The notes: generated by a model from the letters alone, not told the origin. Positions 10,447-20,052 are shown, numbered from the stretch's first letter. The stretch is 64,000 nucleotides of DNA from an uncultured Chitinophagaceae bacterium (GCA_964352775.1 CAYGTK010000001.1:14240-78239); one strand, 5' to 3'. Program-made: numbers and translations.

Positions 10447-11020
10447 GGAGCATATACGACTATATACTTTCCTTCTTTTAGCAGCAAGCTTACTGTTTGC
10501 GCAAAGCTGTGTTAATGACCTGGAAGAAATAAAACAGGTAACTGTTGAGCCAGAAGACTTATTCGAGGTTGGTGAAGGCGTGGAAATAGTTTATAGTGAT
10601 TCTGGTACCCTTAAGGCTAAAATTATTGCAGATGTGCTACTACGGTCAAATAACCCAGAAGACCCCTATACAGAGTTTAATGAAGGCCTTAGGGTTTACT
10701 TCTTTAATGCATCTGGCGAGATAGACAGCAAGCTAAAGGCTGGTTATGGAAAGATCTACAATAACGACCAAGAACTGTTAGTGCAAGACGATGTGCGTGT
10801 GGTAAACACGCTTGGTGATAAGCTTTCGTCAGAAGAATTAGTTTGGAAGAAGAATGAGCGAAAGATCTACTCCGATAAATTCGTTAAGATACAAACAGCC
10901 GAAGAGATCATTTATGGGAATGGCTTAGTGGCAAATGAAGATTTCACTGAGTATACCATTAAAGATGTAACAGGAGTAGTGAGTGTAGAAGGTACAGGGT
11001 TTGAAGACGAAGAAGAATGA
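10445..11020 (+). CDS. lptC: LPS export system periplasmic protein LptC
   Basis: About 190 aa with an N-terminal anchor/lipobox (LLFAQSC) and an OstA-like beta-jellyroll pattern (SEELVWKKNERKIYSDKFVKI...GNGLVANEDF). Confidence 0.65.
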   Translation: MEHIRLYTFLLLAASLLFAQSCVNDLEEIKQVTVEPEDLFEVGEGVEIVYSDSGTLKAKIIADVLLRSNNPEDPYTEFNEGLRVYFFNASGEIDSKLKAGYGKIYNNDQELLVQDDVRVVNTLGDKLSSEELVWKKNERKIYSDKFVKIQTAEEIIYGNGLVANEDFTEYTIKDVTGVVSVEGTGFEDEEE

Positions 11021-11038
11021 TCTATTTTAGAAACTGAC

Positions 11039-12301
11039 ATGGTAACAAGCATTCTCATCATCTTATTGGCGCTCTTTTTCTCCGCCTTCTTTTCTGGAGT
11101 GGAGATAGCATTCGTATCGGCCAATCGCCTAAAGATGGAATTGGTAAAGCAGCAAAATACACTTAGCGGGCGTATATTAACTCGCTTGACCCATCACTAC
11201 GATCAGTTGATGGCAACCCTATTGATAGGGAATAACATCGCCCTTGTGATATTAGGACTATTCAGCGCAAAGCTATTTACAGAGATGCTTCCTCCAATGA
11301 GCGATTTCTGGATGTTGCTTATCCAAACACTGGCTACCACAATAGTAGTTTTAATAGCTGGTGAGTTCCTACCTAAGATCTTATTTCGCCTAAAGGCGAA
11401 TGACTTACTTAATATTCTAGCTGCACCTATCCAGTTGATCTATTACTTACTATATGTAATTGCTTGGCCTATTACACAACTGACTAAAGGTCTTTTGAAA
11501 GGCATGTTCGGTATGGATGGCACTCCAACTCGGCAAGTTTTTACCAAAACAGATCTAGAGCACTTCATAAAACAATTCATTTCCGACGATGAGGAAGAAG
11601 AAGAATTGAATACTGATATTTTTGAACGCGCATTAGCCCTTACGGAAGTGAAGGCCCGAGAATGTATGGTGCCCCGAATGGAAATTGTAGCTGTAGAAGT
11701 AAATGTGGGTATTGAGGAGTTGACCAAGGTGATGATAGAAACCAAACTATCGAAAATACTGGTGTACGAAGAGACCATAGACAATATACTAGGATATATC
11801 CACCATTTTGACCTTCTGAAAAAGCCTGCAGCTATACGTGATATCATCTTCCCTGTGCAGGTAATACCAGAAACTATGCCCGCCAAAGACGTGATGAATC
11901 AGTTCATCAAAGCACATAAAAGTATCGCCGTTGTAGTAGATGAATTTGGAGGAACAGCAGGCATTGTAACCCTAGAAGATGTACTAGAAGAAATTTTTGG
12001 TGACATTCAAGACGAACATGATGCGCAGGAATTCGTAGAAGAGCAATTATCAGAGCATGAGTATATATTTTCAGGCAGATTAGAGGTTGATCACCTTGAA
12101 GAAACATATGGTCTTAGTTTTCCCGACGGAGACTATGAGACCTTATCAGGCTTCATTGTAGTAAATCATGAAAGCATTCCAGATATGGACGATGAAATAG
12201 AAATAGCAGGTTTTAAATTCAGCATTTTAAGTACCGCAGACACCCGAATAGAAATGGTTAAACTGACGGTATTACAAGATGGTGAAGGCCTTACTTCTTA
12301 A
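11039..12301 (+). CDS. CNNM/DUF21-CBS-CorC hemolysin family protein (GldE-like)
   Basis: N-terminal DUF21 TM region, a CBS pair, and a CorC_HlyC C-terminal domain. Confidence 0.85.
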   Translation: MVTSILIILLALFFSAFFSGVEIAFVSANRLKMELVKQQNTLSGRILTRLTHHYDQLMATLLIGNNIALVILGLFSAKLFTEMLPPMSDFWMLLIQTLATTIVVLIAGEFLPKILFRLKANDLLNILAAPIQLIYYLLYVIAWPITQLTKGLLKGMFGMDGTPTRQVFTKTDLEHFIKQFISDDEEEEELNTDIFERALALTEVKARECMVPRMEIVAVEVNVGIEELTKVMIETKLSKILVYEETIDNILGYIHHFDLLKKPAAIRDIIFPVQVIPETMPAKDVMNQFIKAHKSIAVVVDEFGGTAGIVTLEDVLEEIFGDIQDEHDAQEFVEEQLSEHEYIFSGRLEVDHLEETYGLSFPDGDYETLSGFIVVNHESIPDMDDEIEIAGFKFSILSTADTRIEMVKLTVLQDGEGLTS

Positions 12302-12326
12302 ATTTGTCAATACTGCCGAATAGCTA

Positions 12327-12334
12327 TACTTTTG
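12327..12334 (+). promoter_or_regulatory. -7 promoter box TACTTTTG
   Basis: Exact match 24 nt upstream of ATG 12359. Confidence 0.4.
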
Positions 12335-12358
12335 CAATTCATTTTTAAAAGCTTATAA

Positions 12359-14461
12359 ATGGGCGTTTTTATTACCATCCGAGAGAAATTCGGTACCCTT
12401 TTAATATTTGTAGTGGCATTGGCCATACTAGCATTCTTACTAATGGATGTATCTGATTCCAGTAGTAGCATGTTTGGCGCTAGCACAGATAATTCTGTCG
12501 GTTCTATAGGCGGCGAAAAAGTCGACTATGTTTCCTATCAGAAAAAAGTGAACGAACTTACTCGTAACTACGAGTTGCAGAACCAAGGCCGTAAGCCAGA
12601 TGCATCTTCGCAGCAACAGATACAAAACCAAGCTTGGCAAGACTTAGTGAATGATCAGTTGTTCAACGAAGCAGCTGATGATCTAGGGTTGAAAGTAAGT
12701 AAGCAAGAGCTTGCTGATATGTTCCAAGGACAATATCCAGATGATGTTGTTGTTCAACAATTCGCCGATCCTAATACAGGTCAGTTCAATAAAGCTGCGG
12801 TTATCAATTATATCCAAGGTGAAGGTCAGTTGGAAGGAGAAGACAAAGAGCGTTGGGATTCTTTCAAGCGCTTTTTAGCTAAAAAGAGAAAGCAAGACAA
12901 GTACTTGAACTTGACTAAGAAGGCTATATATGTACCTTCAGCATTCGCTAAAGAACAATTCACTTTATCTCAGTCTACAGTAGACTTGGAATACGTTTAC
13001 CTTCCATACGCTGGTGTTGACGATGCTTCTGTTTCGGTTACTGATGCTGAACTAAAGGCTTACATTGATGAGAACAAGGGAAAGTACAAGCGTGAAGAAA
13101 GCAGAAGCGTAAAATTCGTTTCGTTTGAAGTGTTACCTACGGCCAGAGATTCCTCTGCGGCTCTAGATCGTTTAAGTTCTGACTTGGACCGTTTCAAAAA
13201 TGCAAAAAGCGACTCTCTTTTCGTAAACGCTAAGTCGGATGATCGTTTTGACTACCGTTACAAGAAGAAAAGCCAAATGATCACTTCTATGGCAGATAGC
13301 CTTTTTTCTGACGAGATGGAGGTTGGTACTGTAATAGGGCCGATATTGGAAAAAGGGTCTTACAAGGCTATCAAATTCTTAGGTAAGCGAATGGTGCCAG
13401 ACTCTGTTTTGGTGAAGCACATCCTTTTAGTACCTCAAACTCAAGAAGAGGTAAATACCAAAAGAGCACTAGCAGATTCACTTAAACAGTTAATTGAAGA
13501 TGGTGTAGATTTTACAAAGCTTTCAATAGATTATTCTGAAGACGAAAAAAATAAATTTGGAGGGGGGGATCTAGGCTGGAAAAATCCAGGAGAACTTGCA
13601 CCTAACTTAGATGCTAATGCCTTCTATTGGAAGAATGAAGGTGATGTATTCGTTGGTTTCTCTGATCAAGGCTACCACGTAGTACAAATAGTTGCAGCAC
13701 CAGCTACTGAGGAGGGTGTTAAAACTGCAACATTCTCTCGCCAAATAGTTGCTCTAGCTGAAACAGATAGAGAAGTATTTTCTAAAGCCAACAAATTTGC
13801 TTCTAATAACCGTTCGGTAGAAGATTTTGCAAATGCGGAGAGTGACTTTACTGTTCAGTCTGCTGAAGACTTAAAGTCATCTGCTGACTTAGTACCTGGA
13901 TTAGGAAGTGCACGTGGTTTAGTAGCATGGGCTTTCGAAGCAGAAAAGGGTCAAGTTGCCGATGATATTTTTACTATTGATAACAAGTATGTTGTTGCGG
14001 TATTAACAGACGTTACACCAGGTGGAACAGCTCCTTTGGATAAAGTACGCGCTGAAGTAGAGAATGCTGTTAAGAAACAAAAGAAAGGCGAGCAGATAGC
14101 TAGTGGTATTTCTGATGGTAGTAGCTTATTAGATGTAGCTGGTTCAAATGGTAAGGAAGTAGGTAAAGCTTCAAGTCTATCTCTAAATAACACGTTCATA
14201 CCAGGTGTTGGTCTTGAAAACGGTGTTATAGGTAAAGCGCTTACTATGAATAAAGACGCTAAGGCAGTAGTAAAAGGAAACAATGGTGTGCTTTACATTA
14301 AGGTTACTGGAGCTTCTCGCCCAGCTGACTTGAATGATGCAAGCTTACAGCAAAGGCAATTAGCTGCCTCAAGACGTAGTTCTGTGGACTTCAGTTTACC
14401 TGCTGCTTTAAAAGAAGCGGCTAATGTAGAGGACCAACGCTATAAGTCGGTTAGTTACTAG
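12359..14461 (+). CDS. PpiD/SurA-like periplasmic peptidyl-prolyl isomerase
   Basis: N-terminal TM anchor, a SurA_N-like chaperone region, and a parvulin segment (VKHILL...GGGDLGW). Confidence 0.8.
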   Translation: MGVFITIREKFGTLLIFVVALAILAFLLMDVSDSSSSMFGASTDNSVGSIGGEKVDYVSYQKKVNELTRNYELQNQGRKPDASSQQQIQNQAWQDLVNDQLFNEAADDLGLKVSKQELADMFQGQYPDDVVVQQFADPNTGQFNKAAVINYIQGEGQLEGEDKERWDSFKRFLAKKRKQDKYLNLTKKAIYVPSAFAKEQFTLSQSTVDLEYVYLPYAGVDDASVSVTDAELKAYIDENKGKYKREESRSVKFVSFEVLPTARDSSAALDRLSSDLDRFKNAKSDSLFVNAKSDDRFDYRYKKKSQMITSMADSLFSDEMEVGTVIGPILEKGSYKAIKFLGKRMVPDSVLVKHILLVPQTQEEVNTKRALADSLKQLIEDGVDFTKLSIDYSEDEKNKFGGGDLGWKNPGELAPNLDANAFYWKNEGDVFVGFSDQGYHVVQIVAAPATEEGVKTATFSRQIVALAETDREVFSKANKFASNNRSVEDFANAESDFTVQSAEDLKSSADLVPGLGSARGLVAWAFEAEKGQVADDIFTIDNKYVVAVLTDVTPGGTAPLDKVRAEVENAVKKQKKGEQIASGISDGSSLLDVAGSNGKEVGKASSLSLNNTFIPGVGLENGVIGKALTMNKDAKAVVKGNNGVLYIKVTGASRPADLNDASLQQRQLAASRRSSVDFSLPAALKEAANVEDQRYKSVSY

Positions 14462-14520
14462 CACATTTTTAGCGACCTTTTCTAATTAACTTCGTGTTAA
14501 TACGTTACAGTATTGAAAAC

Positions 14521-15042
14521 ATGAAGGAAAAAGACACAACGCTTATTAACAGAGTGGCCACTAGCGCATTGGCCACACTAGACTTAGGAGAACTCTACCC
14601 AACTAAGAAGATAGCTGTTTTCGACCTAAAAGACTTTCTTTTCCGTGAGGCTATCCTAATGGAAAAGAAGTTTAGGGAAGACTTAGCGGCTTTAGATGCT
14701 TCCTCATTTCAAGACAAGATAGTTGCTATTACCTGTTCGGCTGATGCTCTAATTCCAAACTGGGCTTTTATGCTCGTAGTAGGAAAGCTACAAGGGATAG
14801 CTGATAGTACCTATTTCGGTACCTCAGATGAAGTAGAAGAAAAGCTGCTACTCCAAGCAATAGAAGAATTAGATGTTAAGCAATATCAAGATGGCCTAGT
14901 TGTAATAAAAGGATGTGGCGATAAGGCAACCCCAGCCGCTGCATTTGTTGCTGTTAGTCGCAAATTAATACCTGTAGTTAAAAGCTTGATGTTCGGAGAG
15001 CCGTGTAGTACTGTACCTGTTTATAAGCGCCCAAAAAAATAA
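14521..15042 (+). CDS. DUF2480 family protein
   Basis: About 170 aa. The N-terminal INRVATS...LDL segment, the CSADALIPNWAFML core and the GEPCSTVPVYK tail match my recollection of the DUF2480 family. Confidence 0.55.
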   Translation: MKEKDTTLINRVATSALATLDLGELYPTKKIAVFDLKDFLFREAILMEKKFREDLAALDASSFQDKIVAITCSADALIPNWAFMLVVGKLQGIADSTYFGTSDEVEEKLLLQAIEELDVKQYQDGLVVIKGCGDKATPAAAFVAVSRKLIPVVKSLMFGEPCSTVPVYKRPKK

Positions 15043-15046
15043 CCCC

Positions 15047-15958
15047 ATGAAACGTACCTTGACCATTGCCTTTTTAACGATAAGCGTTATGTCCATTGGA
15101 CTACTATTAAGCTCAAGTTCTGATACCGAAAAAGTGGTTACGGAAACTACGGACGACCCCAACGCGGTAGCGCAAAAGATAAAGCCGATCAAGCTGCCCG
15201 CAGATCTTAGCTTTGCTGGCGAAGCCGTTCCTATTGATATTCCTGACGTACGCGAGAGAATGGATAGGGAGATGCTAGTGAATACTTATTGGCATTCTAA
15301 TTCTATTCAACTGTTTAAGCGAGCCAACAGGAGTTTTCCTGTTATCGAAAAAATACTAGCAGAAGAAGGTGTGCCTGACGACTTCAAATATTTAGCCTTG
15401 GCTGAAAGCGGGCTATTGAACGTAACCTCTCCAGCCAGAGCTGAAGGTGTTTGGCAATTTTTGAAAGGTACTGGGCAAGAATATGGTTTAGAGGTAAATT
15501 CAGAAGTAGATGAGCGTCGTCATTTGGAATTGGCTACAAAAGCAGCAACTGGTTACCTAAAAGAGGCTAAAGAGCGTTTTGGTAATTGGACCTTAGCTGC
15601 AGCATCGTATAACATCGGTAAACCGCGTTTGTCGGGCATCATTGAAGATCAGAAAGTAACTTCTTACTACGATCTCTATTTAAATGACGAAACGGCCAGG
15701 TATGTGTTCCGTATTATTGCTATGAAAGAGTTGTTTAACAACCCTGAGCGCTATGGCTTTATGTTAAGCCAAGAGGATATGTATCATCCCTATGAGTACC
15801 GAATTGCTAAAGTAGATTCAGCTATAAATAACCTCCCCGCTTTCGCTATAGAACAAGGCACCAACTACAAGACACTTAAGATATTGAACCCTTGGTTGCG
15901 CAAACCATATCTTTACAACAAGTCGAAAAAGACCTACGAAATAAAGCTTCCACTATAG
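15047..15958 (+). CDS. lytic transglycosylase domain-containing protein
   Basis: SLT motifs AESGLL, GVWQF and AASYNIG, plus a signal peptide. Confidence 0.8.
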   Translation: MKRTLTIAFLTISVMSIGLLLSSSSDTEKVVTETTDDPNAVAQKIKPIKLPADLSFAGEAVPIDIPDVRERMDREMLVNTYWHSNSIQLFKRANRSFPVIEKILAEEGVPDDFKYLALAESGLLNVTSPARAEGVWQFLKGTGQEYGLEVNSEVDERRHLELATKAATGYLKEAKERFGNWTLAAASYNIGKPRLSGIIEDQKVTSYYDLYLNDETARYVFRIIAMKELFNNPERYGFMLSQEDMYHPYEYRIAKVDSAINNLPAFAIEQGTNYKTLKILNPWLRKPYLYNKSKKTYEIKLPL

Positions 15959-15973
15959 CTTATAGATAAACCC

Positions 15974-15981
15974 TATTTTTG
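15974..15981 (+). promoter_or_regulatory. -7 promoter box TATTTTTG
   Basis: Exact match 8 nt upstream of ATG 15990. Confidence 0.45.
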
Positions 15982-15989
15982 CTGCCATT

Positions 15990-16709
15990 ATGGGTAAAGT
16001 GCTTTCCATCATCATTCCAGCCTACCACGAAGAGGCTACCATACACTTAATACTCACCAAAGTGGTGAATGTTAAGTTAGATCACGATTTCGAAAAGGAA
16101 GTAATAATTGTAGATGACGGATCAAAGGATGATACTATAGGCGCAGTTAAGCGCTTTTTAGCTCAATACCCTGATGAAAACATGCGCTTGGTAGAACATG
16201 GGCAGAACAAGGGCAAAGGTGCTGCTTTACATACTGGTATAAAGGAGGCTACTGGCGATTACATCATTGTGCAAGATGCTGACTTAGAATATGACCCTGA
16301 GGAATTCAACATTCTACTTCAACCTATAATTACTGCCGATGCAGAAGTAGTTTATGGTTCGAGGTTTATGGGTGGTAAACCTCACCGAATATTGTTCTTC
16401 TGGCACTCCATAGGTAATCAGTTCCTTACTTTCTTGTCTAACATGAGTACCAACCTCAACTTAACGGATATGGAAACCTGCTACAAGCTCTTCCGTGCCG
16501 ATATAGTTAAGGGATTAATGCTACAGGAAAAGCGCTTCGGTTTTGAGCCAGAGGTTACTGCTAAAATGGCCCGTATAGCCAACATCAAGATATACGAAGT
16601 AGGTATTAGTTACTATGGCAGAACTTATGCTGAAGGAAAGAAGATAAACTGGAAAGATGGAGTAAGAGCTATATACTGCATCTTCAAGTACGGTCTTTTA
16701 GGTCTCTAA
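15990..16709 (+). CDS. family 2 glycosyltransferase (polyprenol-phosphate sugar transferase-like)
   Basis: SIIIPAYHEE, VDDGSKD and QDADLEYDP (DxD) motifs. Confidence 0.85.
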   Translation: MGKVLSIIIPAYHEEATIHLILTKVVNVKLDHDFEKEVIIVDDGSKDDTIGAVKRFLAQYPDENMRLVEHGQNKGKGAALHTGIKEATGDYIIVQDADLEYDPEEFNILLQPIITADAEVVYGSRFMGGKPHRILFFWHSIGNQFLTFLSNMSTNLNLTDMETCYKLFRADIVKGLMLQEKRFGFEPEVTAKMARIANIKIYEVGISYYGRTYAEGKKINWKDGVRAIYCIFKYGLLGL

Positions 16710-16754
16710 GTCATTTGAGGTGGCCTAATAGTTGCACAACTTAAAAAAGTAAGG

Positions 16755-16762
16755 TAGATTTG
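16755..16762 (+). promoter_or_regulatory. -7 promoter box TAGATTTG for tRNA-Phe
   Basis: Exact match 13 nt upstream of the tRNA 5' end. Confidence 0.45.
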
Positions 16763-16775
16763 CCGTCCGTTTAAT

Positions 16776-16848
16776 GGTGCGGTAGCTCAGTTGGTAGAGC
16801 AATGGACTGAAAATCCATGTGTCGGCGGTTCGAACCCGCCCCACACCA
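16776..16848 (+). tRNA. tRNA-Phe (anticodon GAA)
   Basis: Hand-folded 73-nt cloverleaf: acceptor GGTGCGG/CCACACC, D arm GCTC-AGTTGGTA-GAGC, anticodon arm ATGGA-CTGAAAA-TCCAT, T arm GGCGG-TTCGAAC-CCGCC. There is one C5:A68 mismatch and no encoded CCA. Confidence 0.9.
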
Positions 16849-16857
16849 CTTGAACTT

Positions 16858-16896
16858 GAACCCATCCTCGCTTCCAGAGGATGGGTTCTTTATTTT
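16858..16896 (+). terminator. rho-independent terminator after tRNA-Phe
   Basis: 12-bp stem GAACCCATCCTC / GAGGATGGGTTC, followed by TTTATTTT. Confidence 0.75.
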
Positions 16897-16944
16897 ACAC
16901 CCATCTATCTAACAGTATCTCCATTTGGTTGTTATTTCTGTGCG

Positions 16945-16952
16945 TACCTTTG
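16945..16952 (+). promoter_or_regulatory. -7 promoter box TACCTTTG
   Basis: Exact match 4 nt upstream of ATG 16957. Confidence 0.4.
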
Positions 16953-16956
16953 CACT

Positions 16957-17241
16957 ATGAAGAACGAACAGTTAGCTAAATACATGCGAATAATGGCCGT
17001 GGTCATTGGTATCGGCTTTATGTTTTTATTCTACTTCCGCCCACCAATTGATAAATACGGCATGGGCAGTAACTACCCAATACCTGCAAAAGAGTCGTAC
17101 TCAGACGGTAAGCTCCGCGCAAATGGCCTAAAGCTTAATAACAGGAAACACGGTAAATGGACCTTTTATGATAAAGATGGTAAGATAGAAAAGGAACTGG
17201 TGTTCAAAAATGGTGAAATTGTAAAGGAAGATGGAGAATAG
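16957..17241 (+). CDS. small membrane-anchored protein with MORN/YwqK-like repeat
   Basis: M47 of ORF 16819..17241; the longer form would overlap the tRNA and its terminator. One TM helix and a GKWTFYDKDGKIEKELVFKNGE repeat. Confidence 0.45.
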   Translation: MKNEQLAKYMRIMAVVIGIGFMFLFYFRPPIDKYGMGSNYPIPAKESYSDGKLRANGLKLNNRKHGKWTFYDKDGKIEKELVFKNGEIVKEDGE

Positions 17242-18277
17242 AATTAAGCACTTATTTCATCGTCTAGCATGGATAAGCCTTATCCTGATCTACCTAGTTA
17301 TTCTAGCAGGTAGTGTGGTACGTATGACGGGCTCGGGTATGGGTTGCCCTGATTGGCCGATGTGTTTTGGTTTGATCATTCCGCCAACTGACGTTAGCCA
17401 GATCACTTTTGATGAAAGCATAAGCTATCAAACTGGGCAGATGTTACTTCACGATAAGGTACTTTATTCCGCTAAGGAGACTATTCCAGCTGGTGCTAGT
17501 TGGCAAGCCCAAGATTGGGAGGCTTATACCAAACACGACTATACTATATTCAACGTGTATCATACTTGGACTGAATATGTCAATCGATTGATCGGCGCAT
17601 TGTCGGGCATCCCAATTCTACTACTTTTCTTTACTGGTCTGGTTGGGGTATTCCGAAAAAGGCTGCTCTTTTCATATCTAGCATTAGCAACCGTTACATT
17701 GGTGTTACTTGGCTTTCAAGCATGGCTAGGGTCTATAGTGGTTGAAACTGTTTTAGCGCCTGTTATGATCACCTTTCATATGCTTGTGGCATTGTTAATA
17801 GTTGCCTTACTCATCTACATCATTCTTTATTCCAGAAATGGTGTGATGAAGCTAACCGTGCCTTCTTCCCTAAAAGTGGTTTTGTTTATAGCGGTGGCCT
17901 TATCGCTCATCCAGATCCTGTTAGGTACACAAGTACGCCAGCAGATAGACCACATAGCCCACCATATGGACCTACCTAGAGGGGAGTGGATAGCGAATGT
18001 GAATAGCATATTTGAAATACATCGCAGCTTTGCTATTCTGGTAGTGTTAACCAATGCTTGGCTATTCTACAAAAACTGGTCGGGTAACTTAGGTATTAGC
18101 GCGTTGACAGCTATCGGGATGATAGTAGTGTTGGAAGTATTAACGGGCATGGTATTGGCCTATTTAGACATGCCCCCAATAGCTCAGTCTATACATCTGT
18201 TTTTTGCTAGCATTCTCTTTGGGTTACAGATCTATTCGTGGTTAAACATATCTACATTCTCCAACCGCGAGCGATAG
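17231..18277 (+). CDS. ctaA: heme A synthase (COX15/CtaA family)
   Basis: GSGMGCPDWPMCFG motif, polytopic membrane protein with conserved His-containing helices. Confidence 0.85.
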   Translation: MENRIKHLFHRLAWISLILIYLVILAGSVVRMTGSGMGCPDWPMCFGLIIPPTDVSQITFDESISYQTGQMLLHDKVLYSAKETIPAGASWQAQDWEAYTKHDYTIFNVYHTWTEYVNRLIGALSGIPILLLFFTGLVGVFRKRLLFSYLALATVTLVLLGFQAWLGSIVVETVLAPVMITFHMLVALLIVALLIYIILYSRNGVMKLTVPSSLKVVLFIAVALSLIQILLGTQVRQQIDHIAHHMDLPRGEWIANVNSIFEIHRSFAILVVLTNAWLFYKNWSGNLGISALTAIGMIVVLEVLTGMVLAYLDMPPIAQSIHLFFASILFGLQIYSWLNISTFSNRER

Positions 18278-19515
18278 ACCAACAATAGCCCCGCAAAGCA
18301 GAAAACGAATATGCCCAATATCAGTTGGGTGTAAATAATGTTATTCCCTTGAGCGAAAAAAGGCATTGCAAAGCAAGCGGTAAATAGTAAGCGGAACAGC
18401 ACATTTATAGAGAAGAACACACTACTGGTTCTGCCAATTATCTGGTTCGAAATGTGATTGAAGAAATAGGTTACGCGCAGTATTCTAATGCCTGCGTTAC
18501 ACAAGCCCATAACCACCGCTACAGCATAAAAAACGACCAAGTCACTATTAAAAAAATGAGTTACGAAAGCCCCACCGATCATTACCGATAAAAAAGCTAT
18601 TGCTCGAACTTTTGATACCCCATCAAATATTCGATGGATAAAAAGCCCCGCCATTAAGCTGCCTAGTGCAAAGTACCCTTCGTAAGCCCCAAACACATCC
18701 CCGCTTTCTTCTAAGTGCTTGTGCACATATTCCGGTATCAAATAGAAGTTAGTGAGTAGTATGCCAACAAAAGGCATAAAAGAGGATACACCAAACACCA
18801 TAAGCAATGGGTTACGCTGTAAAAAGGTGAACCCCTTGATTATCCGTTGTTTGACATTCTCAGGGTCAGCCGTTCTAATAGCTATGGGTGTGAAACGGAT
18901 GCGACTTATTAATGCCAGACCTACAATGTAAGTTAACCCATCTACCAGCAAGATCTTTTTGAGCGTCCAAGGTTCGATATTGAAGCCCACCTGAAAGGAA
19001 AAGCCGAAGAGCGATAACAGCCCATTCTCTGTTCCTTCTAAAAGAATAGCTGCCAGCATACCTGCCATAGCTGAAGAACTTTGCCCTACAATTTCTAGGT
19101 ACGATGTTATCCTGCCATAATCTTTCCGCTCCGTAATTTCTTGCGCAAAGGCGTAAAGGTTGGGATAGTGAATATTATATATCAGAAAGGTAGACCCAAA
19201 TATGGTAGCTGCCATCCAAGGCAACACGCTGCCTAAATGGTAACCCAATGCTGCCATTGATAAAAGCAAGGTTGCACCAGCCGCAGTAATACCTAGCATG
19301 ATGTGCTTGCGATTATACTTATCTACTAAGGTTCCCGAATAGGGACTCCAGAACATGGATAGGAAGGTGGTAGCAAAGTACACCCATTTGAACTGAGTAG
19401 GCAGCCCAAAATGGTCGCTGAAATACCAAGGAATGGCGATCATACTAATGCCCTGAGCAATACCAGAAATGGTATTGGCGCTAAATAAAAAGAATAGCGC
19501 TTGTTTATTCTTCAC
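18232..19515 (-). CDS. MFS transporter
   Basis: About 12 predicted TM helices and the MFS loop motif GTLVDKYNRKH. Confidence 0.8.
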   Translation of the reverse strand: MKNKQALFFLFSANTISGIAQGISMIAIPWYFSDHFGLPTQFKWVYFATTFLSMFWSPYSGTLVDKYNRKHIMLGITAAGATLLLSMAALGYHLGSVLPWMAATIFGSTFLIYNIHYPNLYAFAQEITERKDYGRITSYLEIVGQSSSAMAGMLAAILLEGTENGLLSLFGFSFQVGFNIEPWTLKKILLVDGLTYIVGLALISRIRFTPIAIRTADPENVKQRIIKGFTFLQRNPLLMVFGVSSFMPFVGILLTNFYLIPEYVHKHLEESGDVFGAYEGYFALGSLMAGLFIHRIFDGVSKVRAIAFLSVMIGGAFVTHFFNSDLVVFYAVAVVMGLCNAGIRILRVTYFFNHISNQIIGRTSSVFFSINVLFRLLFTACFAMPFFAQGNNIIYTQLILGIFVFCFAGLLLVYRSRLENVDMFNHE

Positions 19516-19553
19516 AGGGAATTTAGTTTTAGCGGGCTAATCTACATAAACCC

Positions 19554-20003
19554 ATGATCAGAGAAGATGTTCTAGAAAAATTACGCCGTTACTGTGCCTA
19601 CCAAGAGCGATGCGTAAAAGAAGTGAATGAAAAACTGTTCAAACTAGAGATATATGGGGATGATAGAGATGACTACGTGCTGGCCTTAAAGCAAGATGGA
19701 TTCCTAGATGAAATTCGTTTTGCCGAGGCTTTTGTAAGGGGGAAATTTCGCATGAAACAGTGGGGGAAGCATAAATTGGTTCGCGAATTAGAGTTTCGTA
19801 ACATAAAGCTCAGCTTTATCGGTAATGCGCTCAAACAAATTGAAGAAGCAGATTACCTAAAAACACTTGACCAGCTTTTAGAGAAAAAGCTTCTGCTAAC
19901 TAAAGGGCCTAATGCTTATAGTGTTAAGCATAAAGTAGCTCGGTCAGTAATATCTAGAGGTTTTGAGCCTGAATTAGTTTGGGAGAAGCTTGGAAGAAAC
20001 TAA
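19554..20003 (+). CDS. recX: regulatory protein RecX
   Basis: About 150 aa with an LRRYCAYQERC start and three-helix repeats typical of RecX. Confidence 0.75.
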   Translation: MIREDVLEKLRRYCAYQERCVKEVNEKLFKLEIYGDDRDDYVLALKQDGFLDEIRFAEAFVRGKFRMKQWGKHKLVRELEFRNIKLSFIGNALKQIEEADYLKTLDQLLEKKLLLTKGPNAYSVKHKVARSVISRGFEPELVWEKLGRN

Positions 20004-20052
20004 TAAGGGCCACCCAATGGATAGCCCTTATTCTATAGTCTTTTTATTAAGA

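Noticed and set aside
11443-11886. 147-aa minus-strand ORF inside the CNNM/CBS gene, and similar long antisense ORFs at 45748..46152 (uvrA), 52208..52645 (lipoprotein), 40951..41670 (SDR) and 24523..24879 (tetR).
   Set aside because: All are antisense to genes with strong family signatures. Their sequences are compositionally odd (Ser/Ile/Phe-rich) and they lack start context.
11039-12301. Naming the CNNM/CBS protein gldE (gliding motility).
   Set aside because: The family fits, but no gldD is adjacent and the context here is lptC/ppiD. Only the family-level call is justified.
16819-16956. N-terminal 46 codons of ORF 16819..17241.
   Set aside because: This part overlaps the 3' end of tRNA-Phe and its terminator hairpin. 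A -7 box and ATG at 16957 give a sensible shorter protein.
16710-17000. tRNA-Phe as a possible integration hotspot for a genomic island.
   Set aside because: There is no integrase, no direct repeat of the tRNA 3' end, and no mobile-element genes on either side. The flanking genes are ordinary housekeeping genes.
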